A stretch of DNA of 62,431 nt, counting the filler, from Dimargaris cristalligena (taxonomy: Eukaryota), in NCBI GenBank assembly GCA_003614675.1. It is 9 parts of 9 records of this genome, joined end to end, with 100 filler letters (N's around TTAATTAATTAA, not from the genome) between each part and the next. Parts side by side here need not be neighbours in the genome. Positions count along the whole stretch, not along the records: positions 48,739 to 55,542 come from ML003480.1; positions 55,643 to 62,431 come from ML003481.1; 7 more parts are not named here. One strand, written 5' to 3'. The notes under the pieces are model-generated. The model saw nothing but the letters and a program-made list of their open reading frames with translations, was not told the DNA's origin and did no database searches. Position 1 is the stretch's first letter; the number at the start of each line of letters is the position of its first letter. The position numbers and the translations under genes are program-made. Positions 48,739 to 61,323 of the stretch are shown one piece after another.

Positions 48739-50914
48739 GCTTGGGTTCGGACCGGGAGTCCGTTTTATTGGAGGTACCGCCGAATAGCGAGGGGGAATCG
48801 CCGCCCCGGGGTCTGCTCCGGCTGTTAAATCTCTCCCGGGGACCTTTTTCGTATTTGCGTTTGTTACCCGCCAAGTGATCTTTACCACGCTGGGCTGGAT
48901 CCACCAAAGTGCCGTTGCGACTATATAGGCCATCGTTCGGAAGGCTGGGAAGGTCTACCATATTATTGAACCAGTCCGGGAAGGCGGAGGGCCTACCAGT
49001 CGAGTCGACAGCACCCTTAGCTTCACCACTGGCCGATAGAGTGGGTGTGGCCGGTGGTATAGGTGTATTTTCCGCACCTGCAGTTACAGTACCTTCGGCG
49101 GCTAGTTGGGTAGCCGGTTGACCCGCTGATTCTAGGATATTTTGGTAGGATCCAGGCGAGTACCAAAGGGCTATAAGGGTACTAACCAACTGATGGTAGG
49201 TCACTTGGGACGGCTGGAATGATCGTTGCAAGGTGGTCCGAATTTCACAAAGTAGAACCTCCGGGGACAGCGATGAGGGAGGTTGGAGAGGGGAAGTGTC
49301 TCCCGATGAGCCACAAACCACTGAACATTCCCGAATAAACAGGAGGAGAACCCGGAGGCCAAAACCGGGCGGTAAAGTACAAATCTCCCTAGTCATGGGT
49401 GGGTCGGTACCAGTGCCTAAAAGGACCAGCTGGATAATTTGAAATATCTTGAGGAGTAGAGCCTGCATAGAAACGGGAAGCGAATTAACGGTGACTGGGG
49501 CGGTCGCTCTAAGCGTAACCGAGTTAAAGACCATTTCGGCCAATTGTACAAGTTTGGTGCACACTGGGTGAACGACAGTAAGTAGGCTCTGGGCCAGCCC
49601 TCGGGCGAAAAACCCCGTTTGCGATTCTTCGGATTTGGCAAGCACGACCAGGGCTAAAAGGTGGTTGATAAAGACGGGGTAGACCGTTGCGGCTAAGGCG
49701 GGGCGTACCAAAAGTTGATCCAAAATACGGTGGAGCGTTTCACCGAGGCACCCGGGGCTCTGCAATTCAAAAGCAGCCAATAAATGGGCTAGAGCATGGC
49801 AGTGGAGCAGAAACCCCCGATGAGGGTCCTCTGGCGGAGAATCCAGGCGATGAAAGATGTGATTAAGAGGAAAGAGTAGAGCTGCTGGTGGTAGTAAATC
49901 CGGTATAGAAGGTGTCGGTTCACTTGTACTAGGCAGTAGCCACATATAATAAAGAATGGTACGTCGTGTAGGGCCCGCTTGAGACGGGCTGACTGCAATA
50001 CCCATGAGTTCAACCAAATCAAGGTACAGATAAGAAAACGACTCGGATACTACACAAGTGTCTCCTTCCGCGAAGGAGTTGCCTGCTGCGTGGGGGCATC
50101 GGGAATGGGTGTGGTAATGCTCAAGTACGGTCGGTAGGCGCTGCCCAAAGTCACGAAGGGCGGGAAGGTAACTGAACCCCGAAATCGGGGATAGGGACGT
50201 GGGCGCAGAAGGGGAGGGTTGTAGTGATCGGCCAGCACCATTGTCCGAATTCGGTTGCGTGATGCTAAATAATTCGACGCTCGCTTGGGCTGCCCGCTGG
50301 CAGGTCTGGATAAACTGCTTAAAGAAGTGATTGCAAACGGGAAGGACTAAGTGACTCGGATTTGTTGATACCGCAGAATTAACAGCGGCTGGGGGCTGTC
50401 GGCACTGCTGGTCATTGAGCCGGTGAAAGTAGGCTGTGACCTGTTGTAGGATATTGTACAGTTGGAAGAGAGCACTCGGAGGGACTCTGTTCTCGACAAT
50501 GGCCTCGGTGGCCCAGGCTATGAATTGCTGGGGGAATGGAAGTTCATCGGGTTGGGTCTGCGAGATTTGGTGCGCGTACTCAATTTCAATGACCCGAATC
50601 ACATCGGCGGCTGACCGACGCCAGAGGACTCGGGAGAATTCGCCAAAGAATAGGCCCACCGAGCTGGCGCCGGGGCGGCATAGTAACGGCAGTAGGTTTC
50701 GAATGACCTCGGGCGGTGGGGTGTCGGTGTTGGCGGAGGGGGAAACGGCTAAACCAGCAGCGTAGTCGAAATATGCATCCAAAAGACTGCTAACGGCCTT
50801 GCTGAGAGTGAAGCCCTTGATCTTGAATAAGTGATCGGACGTATGTTTAAGGGCATCTAACTGCTGGTCCTCCAGGGCGCCAGGTGGCCGAACAGGGCTT
50901 CCATCGACTGGCAT
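48739..50914 (-). CDS. Large hypothetical, probably alpha-helical protein, 3'-truncated by contig edge
   Basis: Uninterrupted ~725-codon ORF with genic GC content and Leu-rich helices; basic tail KRKYEK. No family recognised. Confidence 0.75.
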
Positions 50915-51935
50915 TGGGCACCAAAAGGCAAGGGCAGGCGAAAATTGAAAACGGGGCTAGCTCTAAGAACGGGCTCGGATGTCTCTTAGGGACGGCAATT
51001 GATTGCTTTACCTAAAGATAACTAACTACGATGGACAGAATATATATAAATTGGAGCAAAGAAAAGTGAATTCCAAGCGAAACCGGAATACAAGGCAATG
51101 TGGCTGGCTGGCCTTCTCCTTTGGAAGACCAACTCCTGCTCCTTCGGAATACTAAAAGCAGGTCTCTCTGAGTGGTCAGAACCAAACTGAATGGGAGTTT
51201 AACAAAGAACTCCATTAAAAAAAGTCCACCCGCGAACACTGGCCATTCAATTGGAGAGGGCTTGCCTCGTTAACGACTAATTAATTAATTGAACTGTCGA
51301 TGCTGCAAATACCCAAACAGCACAAAGAGATGGAGTATCTCTTTTACCTATTCGATACGGTAAAAAGTCCACGATAACACCTACCCATTCGGGGGGTTCT
51401 GTATACTGACTCGGTTATTCCCAGGTGTCAGCACAACATATATCAATAATATGCTGACTGTACTAACACGACACGCCCATTAACTCCGAACCCAGCCAAT
51501 GGTAGAGTCACTTTATCCGGCAGTCGAGGTGGGGATCCAAATAAAAAGGCATGGCCAACAGGCCTATTTCGCGTTTGCTGCAAAACCCCTCCTGCATAGC
51601 TAGCCCGAAATAAGGTAGGTCTGGTTCTCGTTGGGCAGCATCCTTGATGCATGGCGACTAACAGCCCGCTCGATTAGGACCCAACCGCCGCCCCCCGTAT
51701 CCTTGAAGCATTTCAAAACAATACATGGCGCCAGTTACCCTCTAGCTTGGTCAAGGGCCACTTGGAAGCTATTAAATATATAAATACACGGCCCACCCGC
51801 CCCGCTCGGCTAACCATACTTTCATTTTTTTCTTCTTGGCGTAATGCCATACCGACCATCGGCCACTTTCAAATTACAACAACTTCCCTCACTCTCTGCC
51901 AACCCCAACTACTCCAATTTTTAACTACCACCATT

Positions 51936-52697
51936 ATGCTGTCCACCAAGGGCTTCAAAAAGCTTCTGACCAAGGTCAACCCAGTCCGCGCCCTGAAAAA
52001 ACTTGGTAACAAGTTGCGCCATTCGACCAAGACTCGGCCCGCCTCTTCTCACTCCACGACTTCCACTGCCACCGCCTGTTCTTCTACCCCGTTCACCATT
52101 ATTGGCCCAATTCACGCTGCCAATATCACCTGTATCGCCCCGGAGGATACCTCTTCCATTGATAATCCGGCCATGGCCCCTTCCGCCATCACTACGCCGT
52201 CCGATTCAGACAGTGTCCAAACTATCGAGGTCCCGAAAACCGCAACTATACATGACACCGGACATTGTCCAGCAGAACCCATCACTTCACCGGAGCCGGC
52301 GGCCCGTTTGAACCCCACTAAGGGGCGGCTCTCCCGTACATGGGACCAATTGGCCGCCAAGACCCGTTCCGCCACAGCCAACGGGCCCAGATACCCCGAA
52401 GGTAGCGAGCCCCTCCCTCCCTTATCGGTTTGGTTTGATTACCGAGCACCCCTCCATATCCCGGCCGACGAGGCGGAGCTGTATGCCAAACATGCCCTCC
52501 TGACGGCGTCCGGCCATAGCCTGCGGAACTCCATCATTTCAAACTACACCGCCGGAGTACTGGATAAGGAGCAGTGCCTCGAACTTATCTATTACTACCA
52601 GGGTATCGAGTACCAAAAGTATTGCCTGGAGACCGTCATCCACTCACCCCAGCGCCAGTCCGGGAGCTATCCCAACTATTATCCCAGTATCTATTAA
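51936..52697 (+). CDS. Hypothetical 253-aa protein with basic amphipathic N-terminus and S/T/P-rich middle
   Basis: ATG 51936 after a pyrimidine-rich leader; TATATAAA at ~51777; coding-like codon usage. Confidence 0.7.
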   Translation: MLSTKGFKKLLTKVNPVRALKKLGNKLRHSTKTRPASSHSTTSTATACSSTPFTIIGPIHAANITCIAPEDTSSIDNPAMAPSAITTPSDSDSVQTIEVPKTATIHDTGHCPAEPITSPEPAARLNPTKGRLSRTWDQLAAKTRSATANGPRYPEGSEPLPPLSVWFDYRAPLHIPADEAELYAKHALLTASGHSLRNSIISNYTAGVLDKEQCLELIYYYQGIEYQKYCLETVIHSPQRQSGSYPNYYPSIY

Positions 52698-55642
52698 ACC
52701 ATTTCATTTACCAAGTTCCACGGCCGCTGTGCTGGCCTACCCATACTTTTATTATTACCTATGTTTTGCTTTCAACTCTTAACTCATCATTACTCGGAAA
52801 CTGATAACCTCCCCATTCCCATCCTATCTACCACTTGCATTGCTATCATCCTCCTGAAAAGTCCAGGTCGGGCTTTATTAGTCGGTCCAATCATTATCCT
52901 CATTGCTATCATGTTTCTTATCCATGGTGGGTCAGACTTATAGTATCATTCAGCAGCTTTCTATTCCACCCCACATTGTTCATTACAATAAACTACAATA
53001 TATATATATATATATTGGCGTATCTATTCAGCAGCATACCAATGCACGTGAATTGTTGACCAGGTGCCGGGAGTATGGACAAGCATTTGTTTCCATGGTA
53101 TCAACCGGCTCGCCCAATTCGGATCAGAAGTGTCCCAAGGCATATGATATTAAGTATAGTCGTAATATACTATAAGTAAATGTATACGAGGATCTTCGCC
53201 ACACTATGGTGCATCTACCGACCTCCCATCAGCTGTGCGCCTTCTTGTTTAGGTGGCACCCCTAGTCTGATAAATATAATACGACAATGGGGCGCGATGC
53301 TCCAGTCCTTCAGCTGAAAAAGGTGTATTAGTCATTTTCTGAAGAGGCCTTGGGTTATGGTGGAGGACAGCTGGCAATGCATTAGTAAAGTGGTGGTCCG
53401 GAGTGGGAATGAAGCCATGCAGTCCCAAGAGGATCAGCATGCTTCTGGAGAGCATATGATTACAAGAGTGCAGTCGCGGTAGTTAGCTGGCTTCATATTG
53501 TACCATGGAATACACACAGACGGGATTCCTACCAACCTAATACTAAAAGTCGTCTCGACCATGGCATAGCAAAAGGGGGAACACGGTAGTATCGATAGGC
53601 CGGGGCCCCCTTGTTCAGGTTCTAGCCAAGATATAGACATACAGGAGTTATTAGGCAATATTAAGTGAGTGCGAGCCAAAGATTGGAAAGTCGTACCGCA
53701 GGGGAATAGTTCTTCACGAGATTGCTACTAAAGGACAGATCCAGAATAATGTCGACACCGGCAGGAACCGACAAGTATGAGAAACTGATGGCAACTTGAA
53801 TAATAATTGGAGCATCGGTGATGATGCGGTGGTGGGACTTTTCAAGTGTTGGCTGGGGTTGGGGTGGTCAATCACCATGACACCAGGTATCACCATGTGA
53901 AAGATGGTATATTGACATAGTTATTTATTCGGGTTACGACAAAGGCAGATAGGGTCCGGCTATAATGGTGCAGATGAAACTTTGTGGCGGTAAGATTGAT
54001 AATGATTAGGCAAATGTAATGTCCAAAACTAGCAATCGCAGATGTAAGCCAGACAATAATCTGTAAAAAGGCTATGGTAATAGTACACTGGAATGCCTAT
54101 ATGCAGATATAATATTATTAAGCGTAGGCTAAATCAAGACAATAGAACATTATGTTGTCACTATTGAAAAAGGTATATGAATAGATGGTGCCCAACTTGG
54201 CAGGAATGGCGTAGTATTTTCTAGGGATACGGGATTAGGGAGATCGGAGCAAAGGCAACAAGTTTGATATATTCAAAGCCAAGGTTTAGGACATATGCAC
54301 CAATTCCCATGCAAACTGAAACTCTGGTCAGTAATTACCTGGATTCAAAACCGAAACTCCGTGCCCGTATAGCTGGGATCAAATTAGTTGTTACTATAGT
54401 ATGTACTCACCTGACGGTTATTGAATATACCAACAACTCTTACTTAACAGGTATTGGTTTGATCTTTATGCAATCAAACTGATATTTTGATTGGGTTTTG
54501 TGTTCCGACTTTAACTCGAAAATGCTATAGCCTCATCTACTCAACCGACTGGCTTGTTCCAAGCTTAAGCCATGCTTCTTATAGTAGAGACCAGGGAGGT
54601 TGCGAAAGAATCTTGCTACCTTTATTAATGACTCCAGAAAATGACTCACCCACCTCTTCCATCCCTCAATAACAACCTACTTGCCAGTCCTTTGAAGGTT
54701 ACAATAGATATGCGCATACTGTCTTTCAATATTCATTTTTAAATATAATATGGCTATTATCATACCTATGTGTTTATGATAGAGTCCTTATCACTTAACT
54801 CACAACTCATCTCATCAAATACAGCACCACACTTCAACTTTAAGGGTTTGTACTATATTTGCCAACTTCCCTAAGCGGGAATCTGGTCTCATTGAAGGAT
54901 ATGTCTAAGCTCACGGTTTGCGTAGATTGTAGAAATTTTAACCCACCCCCCATGCCATGTCTTAATCTAATATATACCCGTGTATTATCCAACCATACAA
55001 CTTACGTGACAGGTTCTCTGGACTATCATCTCCTAGCCAAACCGGTTTGCCACGTGCATCCGATAACATGCCGTGTCAACATTCGGTCGCCATGTCAAGT
55101 AGACTAGGGCTGCGTTATTTTGATTTGGTTAAACTGGCAGATGGATTGCTTATCATCCTTTCAATTACTTTCCGACTCGCAGATTGCGGGACTTTTAAGC
55201 GCACCGGACTACAGTTTACAAGCGTAGATTCGCCTAGCATAATGATTGGGAAATAAATTTAAATTAAAAAAAACCCCAGTTTTTATGATAACAAACGAAG
55301 CAAGTAGTCTGGGAAATTTCTGATAGTATGTTGTGGCATTGAGTTTAAATACAATGCCGTGTAACTAAAACAATATCGAGTCGTCTATGTACTGGACTGG
55401 AGCCCAATGATACAACAATCTGAGTCACTATAATAGTACTACAAGTAGAATTCGAATGGTTTAGTAAGTATAGTTTATTAGATGGGGGGCACGAAAAGTA
55501 GGAGCTATTTGCAATTTACAAAAAATGTTAAGTAGCGATATTNNNNNNNNNNNNNNNNNNNNNNNNNNNNNNNNNNNNNNNNNNNNTTAATTAATTAANN
55601 NNNNNNNNNNNNNNNNNNNNNNNNNNNNNNNNNNNNNNNNNN

Positions 55643-55751
55643 CCCTTGCAGCCACCTCTTGGAACAGCAAGTCTATCATCACCTTTCCCTTTTATCACCT
55701 ATCTTTTTGAATAAAGTTCAGTTTTTAAGGATTTGAGTTCAGTTCTTTATA
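55643..55751 (+). mobile_element. LTR family A 3' end at contig start
   Basis: Reverse complement of ~13662-13770. Contains AATAAA; terminal ACA mutated to ATA. Confidence 0.75.
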
Positions 55752-55769
55752 CTCTTGCCAATATGGCAC

Positions 55770-55930
55770 ATGCTCACTGGCCTCCTATTGGTTAGATTTT
55801 CTCTAATAAAAACTACTGTGGAGAGCTTAATCATCTCCTTGTGTTTCTTTCCTACTCTTATCTATTTTTGACATAAGCTTTATTATCAATCTTGGATTAT
55901 CATTTATGAGAGAACTTGTGGTTATTCTAA
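55770..55930 (+). mobile_element. Family C element, diverged copy
   Basis: GAGCTTAAT...TCTTTCCTACT...ATCTTGGATTATCATT...GAGAGAA..TGTGGTTA matches the reverse complement of 41032-41235. Confidence 0.65.
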
Positions 55931-56019
55931 TTAAAATATAGTGACCTATCTAGTGGAAAGAAACCGGAGGTTCCCCCTCCTGCTGACACTCCTAAAGACA
56001 ACCCAGTGGAGCCCCTTAA

Positions 56020-56535
56020 ATGGTTGGCAACACAACTTACATGCTGTATTTCCTGACTGGTCAAATGGGTAGGTTCAACTTTGTGCCTTCTTCCTTGACT
56101 GGCTATTTCTTGAATTGTGATTTAGCCCTTGATATGCACCAGCTTGGTTTTGTTGGTAGCACAAAATCCCTTTTAGAAAAAGAGAAAAACAGGACAGATA
56201 GTAAGAAGGAAGACCAAGAGGAATGTAATTCTTCCTTGTTTGGCCAACCATCTGAAGAAGAATGAAAGGCTGAACTGGAATCTTTCAGTCACCTCCAGCA
56301 ATTGCGCCTCATGGTAAAACCAAATGGTCAACTCACCATGGGTGTACTGGTTATCATTTTGGAGTTCGATGAACAAACCATAAGTGAGCTTACGGACTTG
56401 GGTCCGTGGAAACACGATGACATTTGGAAGATTGGGCAATCGTTTACTGAAGAACGGGCCTCTTTATTGGAGGCAGCCACTTTGGTCGAGTATGATGATC
56501 TACCTGGTCCAAGCCTGCCCATCCCTCGGTTCTAG
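56020..56535 (+). pseudogene. 3' remnant of a gene with an in-frame TGA (56263-56265), weakly resembling the C-terminus of the 950-2452 secreted protein
   Basis: ORFs 56020-56265 and 56302-56535 share a frame. NC...LGF, NG-L...V and PW..D..I motifs occur in the same order as in the 950-1975 ORF. Confidence 0.45.
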
Positions 56536-57554
56536 GCGCAACTAATGCCTAGTTTCATCAAGGAGGCCTGGCAATTCAGTCACCGATATTATCATTTCTC
56601 TTCGGCCATCCCCTTCTTCCAATTTACTTATTCTATATACTCTATTCGCTATCCCAGTTTCTTTATCATCTATTTTTATATTATGTCTTCTTACAACGTC
56701 TCCCGGCGCATTATATGTGGGCCTTACGCATTTACTTTTACTTTACTCGGCTATATAACGCTGTGCCAATTCTTATAACTATCCATTAATCAAATAACTA
56801 TCTATTTAATATCTGACATTCTCTTTATCCATAAAGCGCCCTTCGCATTCGGGTCGAGTTTGCAAATTGACTATACGCCGCCTAAGCGTGGGCACTCTAG
56901 TGTTTACCAATATTTTAACTTAAGGCCGAGGTGCAATTGATAATGGAATCAAGTATGGGTTTTTTGGTCAGAGAAAAAACTATGGGCATAATTAATTAGG
57001 GTTGTATTCCACATGGGGGACTTACTGCGAACTCAATGATGAATTTAAATTGAAGGTCGCGCAGCAAAAAAAAACTTGGTAATGTGTATAAATCAGTGGG
57101 GTGGGGGAGGGAGGGTATTGAGTATTAATGGTTTGGTACAGGGACCTAATTTAGCGGCGAAGCAGTGGGAATATAAAGTCAAGCGAATGGGTCGTTTTGT
57201 AAAAGTAGAGAAGAAGTGGGGGAAGAGTGCACTGTTAAATCCATGGAATTTTTTAGCATTGAGCACTAATCGATCCAATTGAGATGCGAATCTCATGATA
57301 AACTTAGGCGAGGAAATGTCTCTACTTGGAATATTGGTACACCAAACTAGTGTGTTTTGTCTCGACTGTATTTCCATATGAGTAAAAAACATAATAGGTG
57401 GTGTATATCCATCCTCCAAAAAAAAAAAAGGGAGCAAAGGAGAGAAGGGCGGTGGCTCGATAAGTTATATTGGAAACTAGTAGATTCAATTATTATGTTT
57501 TACATATTTATTTGGCTGTAGCCTATGTGTGCAAAAGGTGTAGAATGCCCGGAT

Positions 57555-59150
57555 TTAAGGCGAATAGAGAAAATCGACGACCGTTTGACTCAATTCAGCC
57601 AGTGGGATGGAGCTGGGTTCCTGACCATCGGCAGGCTGAAACTGGCGAAATTCATACGACGACTGTTTCGGCGAAAAAGAACCGTGCCCGCCCGTATGCG
57701 TATGGTTGCTTTGGGACGAATTCAGCGCCGGTGGCATAGCCGGGGACGTGGCCAACCAGGTCGGGTCCGTGGACGAAGCCCCCGTTGATAACCACAGCGT
57801 AGGTGACGACAGGTGAGGGGGCTCCTCAGCCAACGCGGAGGAGTCATTCCCAGTGGGGAATAGTAAGTCAAATGAATTTTGGTTTAAATGCCCGAGTTTA
57901 ATCAAGTCGGACCGAATGCCTGGGTACCGCATTTGGGACCACGCTTGAAAAATTTCGGTGGATCGTTCTAGTTCCGCGCACCGCTGAAGGAGGGTGGGAT
58001 TGGGGGTGGCAGGGTCGGGGTCAGCGCGGCTATTTTGCCAAAAGAGGCTGGAGGGTGGGCTAGCACCGGTGAACGTGGAGACTGGAGATAATTTTGGTCG
58101 AGTTGGTGAAGGCGATGCAGGTAAGGTTTTAAGGGCACTGACATCTACAATGCCCTCGTTTAGCGTACTACTACCACTACTACTACTACGGCTATTGGAG
58201 GAACTGGCCAAAGACTTTGATTCACCCTGTGCAGTCGAGGGGCTCGAAAAGAAGGATGGTGGAATAGGTCTCGTCTTGGCCGTTCCCTGTACAGTGGAGT
58301 TCTGTTGAGCCACCCACTGACGATACCCAAGCCATGAGGTCAGCATCGTTTCATCCCATAGTAACGCCCGGGCCCGCAGCCAGGCCAGCCGAATAGCCCG
58401 GGGTTTTTGCCATACGGGGTCGACCAGAATGAGCCGATCTACCGTATTAGGTTGCTGGTGTCGTAAATGAAGGGCCACCTGAGCGCCGGTACCAATGCCG
58501 AGGATAGATACCCGGGCGATGCCCTGCATGTTCAGAAACTGCTGGATCAACGCGGCTTCCTGTTCAAAGGTGGGGTGGTGAGCTAAGGCGGACGAACCTA
58601 GGTAGCCCGGGCGGGATAGCGCCAGGAGACCCAAGGGGGCCGAATAGTGGTGGGGGCTAATCCGTTGGCTGTCCGGGAGACTAGGGCTGGGATCGGGCAA
58701 ATTGGTCGATGCGGATCCTAAAGCAGTTTCTTCGGCTAGGTTGGTGGCAGCCTGGGCGATGCCGGCCGCGTACCACCGTGCCACATCGTATCCCCCCGCT
58801 GGATACGTACCGTGGAGGATCAGTAGGATACGCGGGAGAGTCCGCAGCCGCGGGTCTACGGCGGTCGTAAATTGGGGGTGAATGGAGAGAAAGGGGTGGG
58901 GGAAATGGTGGCTGGCGTCAAACGTGTATTGAATTCGTACGGTGGAAGACGACGAGGTACCTGGTCTAGCATCCCTTTCGCCGGCTCCACACGCTGCGTC
59001 AGACGAACGGGACCGGAAAGCGCTTCGTTGTTGGTTGGCCGGGGAAGTTGGATTGCGTAGGGTTAGGGAAAGGGCATTGTAGTCTAATTGGCGGGAGGTG
59101 TGGTCCAGCCACTGACGGTAGGAAAAACGGGCAGTGGACCGGGGGACCAT
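57555..59150 (-). CDS. Alpha/beta-hydrolase-fold protein, probably catalytically inactive
   Basis: LILHGTYPAGGYD, ALSRPGYLGS, VSILGIGTGAQVAL (GxSxG position lacks Ser), VDRLILVDP; long Ser-rich insert. Confidence 0.8.
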   Translation of the reverse strand: MVPRSTARFSYRQWLDHTSRQLDYNALSLTLRNPTSPANQQRSAFRSRSSDAACGAGERDARPGTSSSSTVRIQYTFDASHHFPHPFLSIHPQFTTAVDPRLRTLPRILLILHGTYPAGGYDVARWYAAGIAQAATNLAEETALGSASTNLPDPSPSLPDSQRISPHHYSAPLGLLALSRPGYLGSSALAHHPTFEQEAALIQQFLNMQGIARVSILGIGTGAQVALHLRHQQPNTVDRLILVDPVWQKPRAIRLAWLRARALLWDETMLTSWLGYRQWVAQQNSTVQGTAKTRPIPPSFFSSPSTAQGESKSLASSSNSRSSSSGSSTLNEGIVDVSALKTLPASPSPTRPKLSPVSTFTGASPPSSLFWQNSRADPDPATPNPTLLQRCAELERSTEIFQAWSQMRYPGIRSDLIKLGHLNQNSFDLLFPTGNDSSALAEEPPHLSSPTLWLSTGASSTDPTWLATSPAMPPALNSSQSNHTHTGGHGSFSPKQSSYEFRQFQPADGQEPSSIPLAELSQTVVDFLYSP

Positions 59151-60207
59151 GGCGGGACGGAACTGGATTATTGAAGCCGCTAGGTATGACGCCTAATAAT
59201 ATATATATATGGTGCCAAAAGGGAAGGAATGGAACTAATGAAGGGGAGGAGAATAAGTTTGGGAATGTATAGGTGAGAGAAAGAAGGCCGAATAGAGGGG
59301 AGAACAGGCCAGCGGTCACAAGGAACTAAGCATTAGGCTGTGTGGTGCGGTGCTTGAACCTGGGAACGCGGTCTAGGAGAACCCTTTCTACTGCGCCTGT
59401 GTTGTTGGTGTGCACCAGTCAAGTGGTGCCGAGTCAGGCCTTATATATACATATCCATGTGTGAATAATATAGTCTACGTATGTATATATGCGCATAGAA
59501 CTTATTCGAAACTTGGTTATTTCCCCCATACTATATCATAAACCAAAGACCCGGTGTATTGGGAAATACTTGTCTAATAAGTCTCTTTCTTTATTTCTTT
59601 GTTTCTTTCCACTCCACCTTCTTAGCCCCTGCGACTTCCTATGGTAGGCATAGAGGCCGCATTAGCTTTTCCCGGTTTCCTAGTTACTTGGAAACGCTAC
59701 TATACCCCCTTGCTTGGCCATCTCTACCCACTCCACTCCACTCCGCTCCTTACTTCATTCCTCTCCGGTACTTCCCATTGCACCCCCGCCCCAATCCTCC
59801 GATTCCAAAGCGAGTTGAGGAGGACACTCCAGCGCTATCGTCTATCCGATCGGCCATTATTGCTTAGCGCCACCCGTAATCGCCACCTTGGCTAAAGTCC
59901 GCCCACTTCTTCCGCCAACACCTTCTCAGTTCCACGCAGTCGTCCACTGGACCCCTGACGGCCCAATTTACTTTTTGTTCGGCGTGCGTGCGGGGACCCA
60001 CCCGACCATTCTCACCTCGGGCCTAGACCAACGCATCCACATTCATTCCCCTATCCTGCAGCACCTGCATTCCCTAGTTATCCACTACCGCCACCACAAC
60101 CACCACGCCATTGCCCACCTCCCCTTAATTTTTCACCGAAACCACTGTCAAGGACTTTGGTAATTATTCTTCTTTGGTGGTGCACTACCCCCTCATCAAA
60201 TTGCAGC

Positions 60208-61323
60208 ATGTCCCGCCAGCGCTCATATAGCCGGTCCCTCTTGGAAGAACTCCAGAAACCACCCGCTCTGCCCCAGCCCAATGCCCACCTGTACAAAGAT
60301 ATGCTAATTTTCGAAGAGCGCCTAAAGCAGAATGTTCGACGACTCAAGCGAAAGAAACGAAAGTATCGATGTAAGAACCCCCTACTTTAAGCTATATCAT
60401 CATCTCCCCTACATGGACCATTCATTCTTCGGTCGGTATGGGGTCACGCCCTGCTGGCTTGGTGCGACGGTTCATTCAGAGTGGTATTTGTGAACCAAGT
60501 CCCGATTGCGAACCTCCACTGGGATAGCCTTGGACTGCGATTCTAATGTATGCTATTAATATAATCTGACATTGTGTTACAATCGGCTTCCACTAGTTCA
60601 ACTCGGCGGCCTATTGCTTGTGATCCTGTACTTTACCTGGATGATACTTTTTGAGGTAAGTTTTGGATTGCATATATATCTCTCATTGGATTTATGTAAC
60701 TCGAGCACGAACGAACCAATTGCACCATTAGGGCAGACCCGCTCTGCCCGATCTCTTTTTCTTTATTATCCAGTAGGTAGAGTATGCTTAAATACGATTT
60801 GTGTATCACTGACCCGCTTATCGTCACGGTTATAGAGCGAGCGAAAGCCCTGGACCTTTCTCTACAAGTACGGCGCCATTATATGTATTATAATTTTTTA
60901 CTGGACCTATCGAAGTCGCAAGTACACCCAGACGACTAAGTAAGTACCAGTGGATTAGTATATCCGTACCTCGGCCATCTTACCGGTATTCATTCAACGA
61001 ATAAATTGATCCGCTTTGGGGTTTACTAACATGGAAGGTATTTCGCACCAACTGTGGATCAATTATATATATATATAATTATTTTTTTAAAAAAACACTG
61101 CCTCCCCAGGTATGTTCCGCAGTGTAATCGAAGTTTACTCGCCTTCAATATGCGACTTCGTCTCGATCGGGATCACCCCGACGGCAAATTGCGGTTCTCG
61201 GAGCGAATACCGGCAGTCATTGATGATGGGTTCCAGGCCTTTAAGGCCCTCTATTTCCAACGTAAACGGTCCATGTCACTTGCTGCCCAGAAACAGCCCC
61301 TACCCCGTCCGGCGTCTACTTAA
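60208..61323 (+). CDS. SPO7: Nem1-Spo7 phosphatase regulatory subunit (exons 60208-60370, 60597-60655, 60836-60939, 61090-61323)
   Basis: LYKDMLIFEERLKQN...RKRKY, two TM helices, YVPQCNRSLLAFNMRL; in-frame GT-AG splicing. Confidence 0.88.

Noticed and set aside
56870-56901. Helitron-like 3' end GGGCACTCTAGT (also ~14818-14829)
   Set aside because: Shared match is only ~14 bp, hairpins are weak and there is no upstream homology between the sites.
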